A DNA stretch of 64,000 nucleotides, from the NCBI GenBank assembly GCA_965198115.1, contig OZ240241.1:3968001-4032000 (forward strand), read 5' to 3'. The notes under the pieces are model-generated. The model was not told where the DNA came from. It saw only the letters and a program-made list of their open reading frames with translations, and made no database searches. The translations under genes and the position numbers were made by a program. This DNA comes from Candidatus Latescibacterota bacterium (GTDB lineage Bacteria > Latescibacterota > UBA2968). Numbering within the stretch: the first letter of the stretch is position 1; the number at the start of each line of letters is the position of its first letter. Of this stretch, positions 63,801 through 64,000 are shown one piece after another.

Positions 63801-64000
63801 TCATGCGCCTGCGAGCGCGACCAGGACGACGCCCAGAACAAGCACTGCAGTCCCCAGAATCTTGGCACCCGCAGCCGGCTCACGCAACAAGACGATTCCC
63901 ATGAAGACACCGATCGGGATACTGATCTGCCGAAACGCGACGATATAGCTGACGTTCTCGGCGTAAGCCATTGCCAGAAGCACGAATGCGTATGTCAACG
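63801..64000 (-). CDS. EamA/DMT transporter, C-terminal part
   Basis: VSYIVAFRQISI..G..LLRE motif and hydrophobic helices. Truncated by the window end. Confidence 0.8.
   Translation of the reverse strand, partial: LTYAFVLLAMAYAENVSYIVAFRQISIPIGVFMGIVLLREPAAGAKILGTAVLVLGVVLVALAGA

Noticed and set aside
1-64000. Genome-wide UGA reassignment (genetic code 4 or 25), suggested by several in-frame TGAs
   Set aside because: Many genes end at TGA at family-typical C-termini (FadN-like, IS256 transposase, selD, ATGA overlaps), and in-frame TAA and TAG also occur.

Overview
GC-rich bacterial chromosome segment. Most of it is a catabolic and transport gene field: acyl-CoA beta-oxidation genes, two sulfatases, a GH4 hydrolase, aldo/keto reductases, MBL-fold and PhyH enzymes, two Na+/solute symporters and a class I FBPase. 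It also carries a nfeD-floA-yqfB-like operon and two tRNAs (Leu-CAA, Met-CAT). Highlights: (1) a selenoneine-type cluster, senA-senB divergent from selD. SelD is a selenoprotein (in-frame UGA plus SECIS hairpin). senB also has an in-frame UGA followed, at the same 11-nt offset, by a SECIS-like hairpin. (2) Five near-identical IS256-family copies (four full-length, one partial), one of which splits a HEPN toxin gene with a 9-bp target duplication. (3) A decayed island beside tRNA-Leu (about 50.4-57.7 kb) with an iteron-like repeat cluster, a phage-type SF2 helicase, and a non-autonomous IS1595-derived cassette carrying an M.EcoRV-like methyltransferase. (4) An IS1182 element with two in-frame UGAs. 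(5) Several dispersed, partly nested intergenic repeat families. Many genes have single-base frameshifts and four genes contain five in-frame stops (besides the SelD Sec codon), so long-read error versus real decay has to be resolved from reads. Family assignments come from motif recognition, not database searches.
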